36,797 nucleotides of DNA from Coriobacteriia bacterium (GTDB lineage: Bacteria; Actinomycetota; Coriobacteriia; WRKU01; WQUG01). Shown one piece after another: positions 8,577 through 16,703 of this stretch (within the stretch, counting starts at the first letter, position 1; every line of letters begins with the position of its first letter). The stretch covers positions 72,689 to 109,485 of the forward strand of contig WQVS01000001.1 in NCBI GenBank assembly GCA_009785705.1, given 5' to 3'. A program made the position numbers and the translations under genes. The notes beneath the pieces were generated by a model. The model was not told where the DNA came from. It did no database searches and worked only from the letters and a program-made list of their open reading frames with translations.

Positions 8577-9899
8577 ATGTCGAGATTTCGCTTTCATCTC
8601 TTTTCGCTACTTGCAGATGCTCTGCTTGTTAATGGGGCAGTACTTGCTGCCTTTGCTTTGCGCTTTCTTGGGCAGATTCCCCCTGAGAATTTTAATGCCT
8701 ATCTTACCTTAATGCCCTTATTGACACTTAGCTATCTTATTTGTGGATGGCTCTATAACCTTTATGAGCCAGAGCAACTTGATTCGCCTTGGTCAACTAC
8801 TTCAAAAGTAATCCCTGCAGCCGTTTTGGGAACATTGGGCCTGACAGCTATTGCTTTTTTGGGGGGAGAAGGAACAGTTGCTTTCCCGCGTTTGACCTTG
8901 CCAATAATACTTGCTCTAAGTATCGTGTTCATGTTGGGCTGGAGACTTCTTTTCTTGCGCTTTGGTAGCATCAATTGGCCAGAGCAGCGCACCCTTGTTA
9001 TTGGTAGCGGAGACATTGCAGATGATCTTGCAACATCTATAAAGGAAAGAGCAAAGTGGGGATGGAAACTTGTTGATGTAGTGCCTTCAGATTATGGACA
9101 GCAGCGCATCAATGAAGTCATAAGAAGTTCAGATGTTAATCGCATTATCGTTGCCGATCCTGCACAGTTGCGAGAATTTGTTGAGCAACTTGTCTTGGCA
9201 GAACATAGAAAATTAAGTGTTGATGTAGTTCCAGAACTCTATGAAACCTTTATTGGGCGCACTCACTCTATTATCGGAGATATACCCTTAATGCGCATTG
9301 TTTCAGGAAGCACGCCACGTTATCAGCGTATGATTAAGCGTGGTGTTGACCTGCTGGCAGCTCTTGTTCTTTTTGTTGTTACCTTACCCCTTATTCTGAT
9401 TACTGCTTTTCTTATTTTAATTACCGATGGAAGACCTGTTTTTTATAAGCAGCAACGGGTAGGACGTGGACAAACTCTTTTTTGGATTTATAAATTTCGC
9501 ACCATGGTGAAAAATGCAGAGGAGCTTTCTGGGCCAGTACTGGCTAGCGAAGATGATCCGCGCATAACAAAGATTGGTCTTAGTTTGCGCAAATTCAGGA
9601 TAGATGAATTGCCTCAAATAATTAACATCATTCGTAGCGAAATGAGTTTTGTAGGTCCGCGACCTGAACGACCAGAATTTGTTGAGCAGTACCAAAAGGA
9701 AATCCCTGGCTATTCAGAACGTTTCCGGATAAAGCCCGGAGTAACAGGCCTTGCTCAAACTAATGGAGGGTACGCTACAACTCCAGATCGAAAATTAAAG
9801 TATGATTTAATGTACTTATATCACCAGAGCCTGATGCTGGATGCACAGATACTGGTAGAAACAGTAAAGGTTGTTCTTTCAAGAAGGGGTGCACGTTAG
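8577..9899 (+). CDS. Polyprenyl-phosphate glycosyl-1-phosphate transferase (large WbaP/EpsE-type bacterial sugar transferase, priming enzyme)
   Basis: Four N-terminal TM helices, a central soluble domain, then the catalytic domain with YKFRTM, DELPQ and FVGPRPERPEF motifs. Confidence 0.85.
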   Translation: MSRFRFHLFSLLADALLVNGAVLAAFALRFLGQIPPENFNAYLTLMPLLTLSYLICGWLYNLYEPEQLDSPWSTTSKVIPAAVLGTLGLTAIAFLGGEGTVAFPRLTLPIILALSIVFMLGWRLLFLRFGSINWPEQRTLVIGSGDIADDLATSIKERAKWGWKLVDVVPSDYGQQRINEVIRSSDVNRIIVADPAQLREFVEQLVLAEHRKLSVDVVPELYETFIGRTHSIIGDIPLMRIVSGSTPRYQRMIKRGVDLLAALVLFVVTLPLILITAFLILITDGRPVFYKQQRVGRGQTLFWIYKFRTMVKNAEELSGPVLASEDDPRITKIGLSLRKFRIDELPQIINIIRSEMSFVGPRPERPEFVEQYQKEIPGYSERFRIKPGVTGLAQTNGGYATTPDRKLKYDLMYLYHQSLMLDAQILVETVKVVLSRRGAR

Positions 9900-9900
9900 C

Positions 9901-11976
9901 ATGAGTAAATCGAAGAAGGCTGTTCAGGCGCGCGAGTCCAAGAAGGCTCAGGTGCCCGAACATACCCGTGAAGGAAAAATCGCTTGGTGGTTGATTTTAA
10001 TACTGGTCGCACTAGTACCTGTTGTTATGGCAAACGGTATGTTTACGGGACTAGGAATTAATCTTGTTGATGGCTTTGATGGAGTGAAGGTTTTTGTACT
10101 TCGGATTGGCGTGATGGCCATTCTGGCAGCGTGGGTCTGGGATATGGTCCGTAATGGCGGAGAAATTCGCTACCATGCAGCTTATATTTTGGTAGGAATT
10201 TTCTTAGCATGGATTGCAATAACTACCTTAACCTCAATTAGTCCCTCTACGGCGTTTCTCGGGAAGTATCGACGCTATGATGGGGCATGGTCTTATCTTC
10301 TTTATGCACTCTTAATGTTTTTGACGATGCAATATGCAACCTCATTGCCACGGATTCGCCAGCTGGCAAAATCAATTACATTTTCCAGTGTTGCGGTTGC
10401 TGGCTATGGTTTATTGCAGGCTATCCCCAATCCCTGGAGAGACACGACGGACGGCGCTATCGGGAATTGGGATCCACTTACTTGGGGTGCATTGCCCTTT
10501 GAGCCTCTGCGTTCCTTCTCTACCTTTGGGAATCCAAATCTTCTGGCAGGCTTCCTGGCTTTCAGTGTCTTTATAACAATAGGACTCCTGTTTTCAGAAG
10601 AAGAAACAAAGTGGCGCAGGTGGTACTGGTTTGTGCTCTTGCTTAATTCTGCAGTTTCGATTACAGCTTTCTCACGTTCGTTGTGGGTTGCTATTCCTGT
10701 TGCACTTGCACTCTTTGCTTTCCTTATGTGGCGCCAAAAGGTCAAGCCCACCAAAGATGATTACTTTTTTGCAGGGGGCGTTGCTGCGGTCGTTGCTGGC
10801 TTCGTTGCCTTCTCGCTTACAAGGGCTGACGATGTGATGAACTTCTGGACACGTGTCCAGACAATTTTCAATTTCGATCACGGAAGTGGTCTAACGCGTA
10901 CGCAGATATGGGAGGCAGCTGCAGCGGCAATTGCAGAACGTCCTATTTTCGGTTATGGACTTGATACTTTCAGACTAATCTTCCGCTACTTTGCTCCACC
11001 GGAATATGCGCAGGCTGCGGGCTTTAGGTCGGTTGCTGACAATGCGCATAACTTCCCACTGCAACTTGCAACGGGCATAGGAATTGTCGGCGCTCTCCTA
11101 TTTTTTGCTCTATTGCTTTGGGTAGCTTATATCGCAATTCGTGCCTGCTTGAAAAATGATGAAGAATTGAACGCAGGTAAGATACTTTTTGCAGGTATTA
11201 CCTGTGCCTGCCTTGCCTACTGTGTTCATCTTTTCTTTGGTCTATCATTGCCCTCAACAAGCTTCTTATTGTGGATTCTGATGGGGGTACTCTTGGTACC
11301 TAGTGCAAAGATACTTCAAATAAAGAAGGCCAAATGGATGGTGCCTGCTGCCGTAGCATTATGTTCCTTGCTATTGGTTCCTGTAGCCTTTTCTGTAAGG
11401 CTCTTTGCTGCTGATTCGGCGTATTCTGTTCCTGCGAGCGCAGTTGCTGCAGGTATGGATTCCCTTGATCCTGCGGTGCTTCCTATCGTTATAGAAGACG
11501 CTGAAAGAATGATTAGACTTAATCCCTTCTATGAGCGCTATTACGTAGACTACTTCATAATAATTTCACACACTGCTTTAGCTCAATATTCAAGGGGGGA
11601 TGCTGACGGCCCGCAACTTATTGAGGAGGCGCGTGAGAAAGCTCGACACCTGATTGATATGTCTCCTTGGGAATATGATTCTTACCTGGCTGTTGCTACC
11701 TTCTACATGAATTTGGCCACAGCAACAGAGGGAGAAGAGAGCAGAGCTTATACCGAAGAGGCCATAGAATTGATGCGAGCTAAGATTGAAGATGTTCCAA
11801 CAGGACTTGCTTTGCGCATGCGTTATGCAGAGGCTCTTCTGATGATAGACGAAGTTGATGCGGCAAAGGAAGAACTTGCTTTCGTGGCAGAGCATGACAC
11901 AAACCATCCTAGTGCGGCAAATATGCTACAGTCACTCATGGAGTCATCTGAGGAAAATCTCTTGCAGTTCGACTAG
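9901..11976 (+). CDS. O-antigen ligase/polymerase-like (Wzy_C) polytopic membrane protein with a C-terminal helical-repeat (TPR-like) domain
   Basis: About 12 predicted TM helices. The Wzy_C-type loop and motif ..RSVADNAHNFPLQLATGIGIVGALLFF.. is present. The last ~190 aa are soluble and helical (TPR-like is tentative). ATG 9901 lies 2 nt after the upstream stop. Confidence 0.7.
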   Translation: MSKSKKAVQARESKKAQVPEHTREGKIAWWLILILVALVPVVMANGMFTGLGINLVDGFDGVKVFVLRIGVMAILAAWVWDMVRNGGEIRYHAAYILVGIFLAWIAITTLTSISPSTAFLGKYRRYDGAWSYLLYALLMFLTMQYATSLPRIRQLAKSITFSSVAVAGYGLLQAIPNPWRDTTDGAIGNWDPLTWGALPFEPLRSFSTFGNPNLLAGFLAFSVFITIGLLFSEEETKWRRWYWFVLLLNSAVSITAFSRSLWVAIPVALALFAFLMWRQKVKPTKDDYFFAGGVAAVVAGFVAFSLTRADDVMNFWTRVQTIFNFDHGSGLTRTQIWEAAAAAIAERPIFGYGLDTFRLIFRYFAPPEYAQAAGFRSVADNAHNFPLQLATGIGIVGALLFFALLLWVAYIAIRACLKNDEELNAGKILFAGITCACLAYCVHLFFGLSLPSTSFLLWILMGVLLVPSAKILQIKKAKWMVPAAVALCSLLLVPVAFSVRLFAADSAYSVPASAVAAGMDSLDPAVLPIVIEDAERMIRLNPFYERYYVDYFIIISHTALAQYSRGDADGPQLIEEAREKARHLIDMSPWEYDSYLAVATFYMNLATATEGEESRAYTEEAIELMRAKIEDVPTGLALRMRYAEALLMIDEVDAAKEELAFVAEHDTNHPSAANMLQSLMESSEENLLQFD

Positions 11977-12027
11977 ACTATTGATAAACTTAGAAAGTAA
12001 TTTGTTCCGTAAGGGGAGGACGACATA

Positions 12028-12297
12028 ATGTTGTATGATTTAGCTGGATCGATTGCTGCTTGGCAAGCACACTGGGGTTTTACCTATAATACCCCGATGG
12101 TAATCACGAACTTCGTGTACACCTTTTTCTTCTTAGCTGTGTTTGTTGGTGTGGCAACAGGTTGGTATGCGGCTGCACAACTTAAGAAAGCTGAAGAATA
12201 TATGCCTGCTGATGAAGTGTTTGAAGCTGCTGTTGCAGAAAGAAACGCTGCTCTTGCAGAGAAAAAGGCCGAAAAGAAAGCTGCAAAAGCTAAATAA
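12028..12297 (+). CDS. Small hypothetical membrane protein (one TM helix, Lys/Ala/Glu-rich tail)
   Basis: 89-aa ORF with a strong SD (GGGGAGGA 8 nt before the ATG), a hydrophobic segment VITNFVYTFFFLAVFVGVATGWYAA, and hairpins downstream. I recognise no family. Confidence 0.55.
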   Translation: MLYDLAGSIAAWQAHWGFTYNTPMVITNFVYTFFFLAVFVGVATGWYAAAQLKKAEEYMPADEVFEAAVAERNAALAEKKAEKKAAKAK

Positions 12298-12368
12298 TCA
12301 CCCTGCTTTTTTTAATGCGCGCTTCGGTGCTGTGCATTAAGCTCTAACTTAATACGATTAAATAAGAG

Positions 12369-12408
12369 CCCCACCTACTGTTATATGATGACGGCGGGTG
12401 GGGTTTTG
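12369..12408 (+). terminator. Candidate intrinsic terminator ending the glycan-module transcription unit
   Basis: CCCCACC (12369-12375) and GGTGGGG (12397-12403) form a 7-bp stem followed by TTTT. The 21-nt loop is large, so strength is uncertain. A UUCG-capped hairpin at 12312-12340 precedes it. Confidence 0.5.
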
Positions 12409-12643
12409 CTGTTTCATCCTACTATCCACTTACACTTTCCGCCCTGCCTCAGTCAGCCGCTTCACATTTTCTTCTTTTATTCAATGCTCCACCTTTAACT
12501 CAATCCTTAATACCTTATTTCTCCTGTTGACACACTGGCTTAATGATGAGGTCTCAGTGTTATTTTCTGTATCGAAAATCTTAGTCGTCATTTGATGTTG
12601 CCATATTAGTTAAGACTTTTAAGAATGTTTTTGCATAGAGTAA

Positions 12644-12722
12644 AAAGTGGGATAAAGTGCAAGAAAGAGCAGAAAGTGGGATAAAAGGTGTAATTATGTT
12701 GCGTAGTGGGATGAAATGGTAT
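12644..12722 (+). promoter_or_regulatory. Array of about 8 phased decamer repeats (consensus AAAGTGGGAT), a candidate MraZ operator in the dcw promoter region
   Basis: The array reads AAAGTGGGAT/AAAGTGCAAG/AAAGAGCAG/AAAGTGGGAT/AAAAGGTGTA/ATTATGTTGCG/TAGTGGGAT/GAAATGGTAT. Strong GTGGGA cores lie at 12647, 12676 and 12706. The array ends ~70 nt upstream of mraZ. Confidence 0.55.
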
Positions 12723-12793
12723 ACACTAATGCCATTGCTGCTCTTAGTGGGCAGGAATGGTCGTCAAATTAATGGGGGAAGCAGGAAGGTAAA

Positions 12794-13234
12794 GTGCGCC
12801 AGTTTAAGGGGAGAGCTCATCATAAGATGGACGCGAAGGGTCGCGTATCTCTGCCTGCGAAATACCGCACAATGCTTGCTGCATCAGACTTGGTATTGGT
12901 GCCAGGAACAGATGGTTGTCTTTGGCTCTACACAGATGAAGAGTACCAAAAGCTCATTGCACCCTTACTGAAAAATCAATTTGACGAAAAGTACGACTTG
13001 CTTCGCGAACTCTTTGTAGCTGGCGCAGAAGACATTGAAGTAGATGGATCTGGTCGCATTAGGGTTCCAGCTGAACAGCGTGATTTTGCTTCGCTTTCAA
13101 AGGAAGTAACTATTGCTGGTAAAGGAACGCGTCTTGAACTGTGGGATAGCGAAAGCTATAAGCAGCGCTTGAGTGGCATCGACAGAAGCAAGGCAGTTAA
13201 GGTTCTGACAGAACAAGAAGAGCAGAGCAACTAA
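12794..13234 (+). CDS. mraZ: Transcriptional regulator MraZ
   Basis: 146 aa with the two MraZ/SpoVT-AbrB repeats, each carrying D-x-KGR / GSGRIRVP-type motifs (MDAKGRVSLPAKYR and VDGSGRIRVPAEQR). GTG start follows the SD AGGAAGG. Confidence 0.93.
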   Translation: MRQFKGRAHHKMDAKGRVSLPAKYRTMLAASDLVLVPGTDGCLWLYTDEEYQKLIAPLLKNQFDEKYDLLRELFVAGAEDIEVDGSGRIRVPAEQRDFASLSKEVTIAGKGTRLELWDSESYKQRLSGIDRSKAVKVLTEQEEQSN

Positions 13235-13236
13235 TT

Positions 13237-14205
13237 TTGACAACTGAATACACACATACACCAGTAATGTGTGAAGAAACTCTTGACCTTCTTGCTCCGC
13301 AGTCTGGCAGCATCGTAGTAGATGCAACTTTAGGACGAGTAGGGCACGGAAGATTGCTTGCGCAAGCTGCAATGAAAAACGGTGGCACTTACATCGGCAT
13401 TGATCTTGATGAGCAAGCATTGGAGGCAGCACAGCCTATACTTGCCAAAGTTCAAGAAGAGCTAGCCGAAGGGGAGTACCTACTGATTCAGGGATCTTTT
13501 GGTGATTTAGATACACTCCTTCAAAGTGCAGGTATTGCTTATGTTGATACTTTTTTATTCGACATTGGAGTTTCGTCACCACAGATTGATGATGCGCAAC
13601 GAGGTTTTAGCTTTAAGCAAGATACAGTGCTTGACATGCGCTTAGATCAAGGTGCGAACATTCCTACAGCAGCAGACCTCTTGCAGGATTTAGACGGTAG
13701 AGAACTTACTAGAATCTTGCGTGATTATGGCGAGGAAAAATGGGCGTCTCGCATTGCGAACTTTATCGTAAAACAGCGAGAGAGTGCTCCCATTACCAGC
13801 AGCACACAACTGGTAGAGCTTATAAAGGCAGCAATTCCGGCATCTGCAAGACGTGCGGGTGGACATCCTGCGAAACGCAGTTTTCAGGCACTTCGCATTG
13901 CTGTTAACGATGAGCTTGGTGCTTTAGAGCGTGGCCTTGAAGCAGCGATTCGTTGGCTGCGACCAGGAGGCAGGTTAGGAGTACTGACCTTTCACTCGTT
14001 GGAAGATCGTATTGTAAAGCGTGCTTTTCAGGCAGCAGAGCAAAGTTGTAGCTGCCCTCCAAGTTTGCCCGTATGTATGTGTGAAGAGACGGCAGTAATG
14101 AAGGTGCTTACTAAGCGACCCCTACAGCCGACAACAAAAGAAATAGAAAGTAACCCTAGGGCGCGCTCAACAAAACTTAGGGTTGCAGAGAAGTTAAGAA
14201 CATAA
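13237..14205 (+). CDS. rsmH: 16S rRNA (cytosine1402-N4)-methyltransferase
   Basis: N-terminal HTPVM, SAM-binding DATLGRVGH, FDIGVSSPQIDD, and GGHPAKRSFQALRIAVNDEL. TTG start 2 nt after the mraZ stop. Confidence 0.93.
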   Translation: MTTEYTHTPVMCEETLDLLAPQSGSIVVDATLGRVGHGRLLAQAAMKNGGTYIGIDLDEQALEAAQPILAKVQEELAEGEYLLIQGSFGDLDTLLQSAGIAYVDTFLFDIGVSSPQIDDAQRGFSFKQDTVLDMRLDQGANIPTAADLLQDLDGRELTRILRDYGEEKWASRIANFIVKQRESAPITSSTQLVELIKAAIPASARRAGGHPAKRSFQALRIAVNDELGALERGLEAAIRWLRPGGRLGVLTFHSLEDRIVKRAFQAAEQSCSCPPSLPVCMCEETAVMKVLTKRPLQPTTKEIESNPRARSTKLRVAEKLRT

Positions 14206-14218
14206 AGGAGGTGTGACC

Positions 14219-14782
14219 ATGTCAGCAAAAAGAACAGATGAACAGCTTTTTCGCAGGATTTTTATAGTAGTACTGTTTGCCATGGTTGCAACTGTCATGC
14301 TAGGGCTTTTCCCTGTCTGGCTTAGTGCAGAGGCGACGCGTGCGGCACAGCACTCGCAGATACTTAAGGGTGAAATTGCAGATACCTTAGCCGTTTCAGA
14401 AACTTTGGAAGTGCAACGTGCTGCAATCGTTAATAACTTCAGACTTAATCCTAGCGATTTGGAAGAATTGGGTCTCGTTCGTTCAGACGGTGAACATAGC
14501 GTTATCGAACTTAATTCGTCAGTAGCTCTAAGTGCCTCGCTATTGAACGCTCCTGAGTCTAATATAGGCTCTGACAGTGTTGCAGAGCTTGCGGCAGGTA
14601 CTAATCAGGTAGAAAATACTGACTCAGACTTAGACATAGAAGCGCCATCTGATGTGACTTCTGTTCAAGGCATTAACTTAGGGCAGATGGCAGGAAATGC
14701 GCTTGATACGATAGCAGAATTAACAGCAGGTGAAGCAGCAACGCTCTTGTTAGGCGATGTTGGCCTTGTGGGTACAAATTAA
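14219..14782 (+). CDS. Hypothetical bitopic membrane protein in the ftsL position (putative FtsL-like divisome protein)
   Basis: SD AAGGAGG lies 7 nt before ATG 14219. It has one N-terminal TM helix (IFIVVLFAMVATVMLGLFPVWL), a short coiled segment, then an acidic low-complexity tail. The call rests on position and topology, not on motifs. Confidence 0.5.
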   Translation: MSAKRTDEQLFRRIFIVVLFAMVATVMLGLFPVWLSAEATRAAQHSQILKGEIADTLAVSETLEVQRAAIVNNFRLNPSDLEELGLVRSDGEHSVIELNSSVALSASLLNAPESNIGSDSVAELAAGTNQVENTDSDLDIEAPSDVTSVQGINLGQMAGNALDTIAELTAGEAATLLLGDVGLVGTN

Positions 14783-14834
14783 AGATAATCTGAGCACAGC
14801 TAGGAATCCTGTTGGCCTGTGATGATTGGCAGAA

Positions 14835-16673
14835 ATGAAAGATAAGCAAAGTAGAAATAGAAGCAAAAATACTAAGAGTGCGCCCAAACGTAACGGCGCA
14901 CTCTTAGTATTAGGTGGACTGCTTATGCTGGGAATATGTTTAGCAGGGGCACGCTTTGTGCATCTTCAGGTAATAGAGGCAGAAAGACTAAGCGCCTACG
15001 CAGAGCAACAACGGACACGACGCATAGAGACTCCTGCACAGAGGGGTACTATTTTTGACCGTTCGGGCAGGGCATTGGCGCAGTCAGTGAGAGTCTACAC
15101 GGTAGTGGTAGATCCTCACAATATCGCAAGCTTTTTCGATGACTATGTAGCAGCACGCGAATTGCGCGATGAGCCTGTAGAGCAGAGTCTGGAAAATCTC
15201 CATAAAGACCTTGCAGAGTATTTTTCAGAGAAATTAGGCATAGATGAAGAAGAGCTTCTTCCACAATTCTCTCGTCGTGCCGCAAGTGGCAATTTCAGCA
15301 GATTTTCAGTACTTGCAAGAGAGATATCTCCCGATATTCGTCTTTCAGTGAATAGTGACGCACAGGTTAACGTAGACGACACGCCCGAGCAACGTCTCTT
15401 CAGGCAGTCACTGCGCCACACCGTGTGGGAATTAGACTACATGCGCATATACCCCATGGGTGAAGTGGCAGCACAGGTCATTGGTTTTGTAAATGCAGAA
15501 GGTTATGGTGCAGCAGGTATAGAATTGCAATTTGAAGAAATCTTGCGAGGGTCACCTGGAGTATCCTTCACAGAAAGAGACGTTGCCGGAAACATTATTC
15601 CTGCAGGCCTTCAAAAGGCAATTGAGCCCAGCAGGGGCTCAGATATCATGTTGACTATCGATGCTGAGATCACAAATGTTGCCCAGCAAGAACTTGAAAG
15701 GGCAGTTAGCGATACGATGGCAGTGGCAGCGTCTGCCTTGGTGATGAATCCTCGCACAGGAGAAATCTACGCAGCTGTGTCCTATCCTGGCTTTGACGCC
15801 AATGAATTTAATCTTGCAGATCAAGAGGCTATTAGAAATAGGGCACTTGTTGATGTCCTCGAGCCTGGTTCGACTATCAAGCCTTTAACCATTGCGGCAG
15901 CTCTTGATGCGGGCAGTATAGACCTCGATGATGACTTCTACATTCCTAATAGCATCCAGGTAGGAACACGCGTTGTTTCTGATGCAGTAGAACGTCCTAC
16001 AGAAGTGATGAGTGTTTCACGCATTATGGAGGTTTCCAGTAATGTTGGTACGACGCGCATAGCTCAGCGAATGGGCAGTGATACCCTTTATGACTACCTT
16101 CATAGGTTTGCTATCACAGAGCGCCCAGGACTAGATTTTCCGGGTGCAGGTAGCGGCCATGTGTTGTCTCCGGAAGAGTGGAGTGATGTAACGCTTTCGA
16201 ACTTTTCTTTTGGACAAGGGCTTTCCATGTCACCCCTACAGATTTCTCGCGCTATGGCAGCTATTGCTAATGATGGCATGATGACAACCCCGCACCTACT
16301 GCAGGCAGTGCCTGATGGTAGCTTTCCTCTTCCTGAGCATGAAGAAATCAGAGTAATCTCTGAAGAGGCTGCCAGACAGACAACAAAAACTCTCGAGGCA
16401 GTAATGATTGAAGGAACGGGTCGAAATATTGATGTCCAAAACTATGAAGTTGCAGGTAAAACGGGTACTGCGCAAAAAGCCCGTGAGGGTGTTGCAGGCT
16501 ATGTAGAAGGACTTTACATAAGTTCTTTCATTGGTTATCTGCCAGCAAATGACCCAGAGCTGCTCATTACTATTTTTGTAGATGAGCCTAGAACCAGCAT
16601 GTTTGGCTCAGAGGTGGCAGGTCCGCCCTTTGCCAACATAGCAACATTTACTGCGAGGTATCTCGGGCTTTAA
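14835..16673 (+). CDS. ftsI: Class B penicillin-binding protein / peptidoglycan D,D-transpeptidase FtsI
   Basis: TM anchor, PBP dimerisation domain, and a transpeptidase domain with STIKP (SxxK), SSN and KTGTA. ATG 14835, or TTG 14826. Confidence 0.9.
   Translation: MKDKQSRNRSKNTKSAPKRNGALLVLGGLLMLGICLAGARFVHLQVIEAERLSAYAEQQRTRRIETPAQRGTIFDRSGRALAQSVRVYTVVVDPHNIASFFDDYVAARELRDEPVEQSLENLHKDLAEYFSEKLGIDEEELLPQFSRRAASGNFSRFSVLAREISPDIRLSVNSDAQVNVDDTPEQRLFRQSLRHTVWELDYMRIYPMGEVAAQVIGFVNAEGYGAAGIELQFEEILRGSPGVSFTERDVAGNIIPAGLQKAIEPSRGSDIMLTIDAEITNVAQQELERAVSDTMAVAASALVMNPRTGEIYAAVSYPGFDANEFNLADQEAIRNRALVDVLEPGSTIKPLTIAAALDAGSIDLDDDFYIPNSIQVGTRVVSDAVERPTEVMSVSRIMEVSSNVGTTRIAQRMGSDTLYDYLHRFAITERPGLDFPGAGSGHVLSPEEWSDVTLSNFSFGQGLSMSPLQISRAMAAIANDGMMTTPHLLQAVPDGSFPLPEHEEIRVISEEAARQTTKTLEAVMIEGTGRNIDVQNYEVAGKTGTAQKAREGVAGYVEGLYISSFIGYLPANDPELLITIFVDEPRTSMFGSEVAGPPFANIATFTARYLGL
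14871..14908. repeat. Perfect 14-bp inverted repeat with a 10-nt spacer inside the ftsI 5' coding region
   Basis: ACTAAGAGTGCGCC (14871-14884), spacer caaacgtaac, then GGCGCACTCTTAGT (14895-14908). The arms are exact reverse complements. Confidence 0.9.
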
Positions 16674-16703
16674 GTGACTTCACCTTAAAATAGTACGAGG
16701 AAA

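Noticed and set aside
10404-10881. Several 68-116-aa ORFs on both strands inside the Wzy_C gene
   Set aside because: They are fully embedded in a 2.1-kb ORF with coherent multi-TM topology, and they have no independent start signals.
12644-12722. Short tandem repeats considered as a CRISPR array or minisatellite
   Set aside because: The units are only 9-11 nt, contiguous with no spacers, degenerate, and sit directly upstream of mraZ. An operator array explains them better. No CRISPR-like repeats of 24-40 nt with unique spacers occur anywhere in the window.
12398-12971. ORFs 12398-12595 (65 aa) and 12657-12971 (104 aa) in the mraZ upstream region
   Set aside because: The first starts inside the terminator stem and reads through a pyrimidine-rich spacer. 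The second reads through the decamer repeat array and overlaps mraZ out of frame. Neither has an SD or plausible protein composition.
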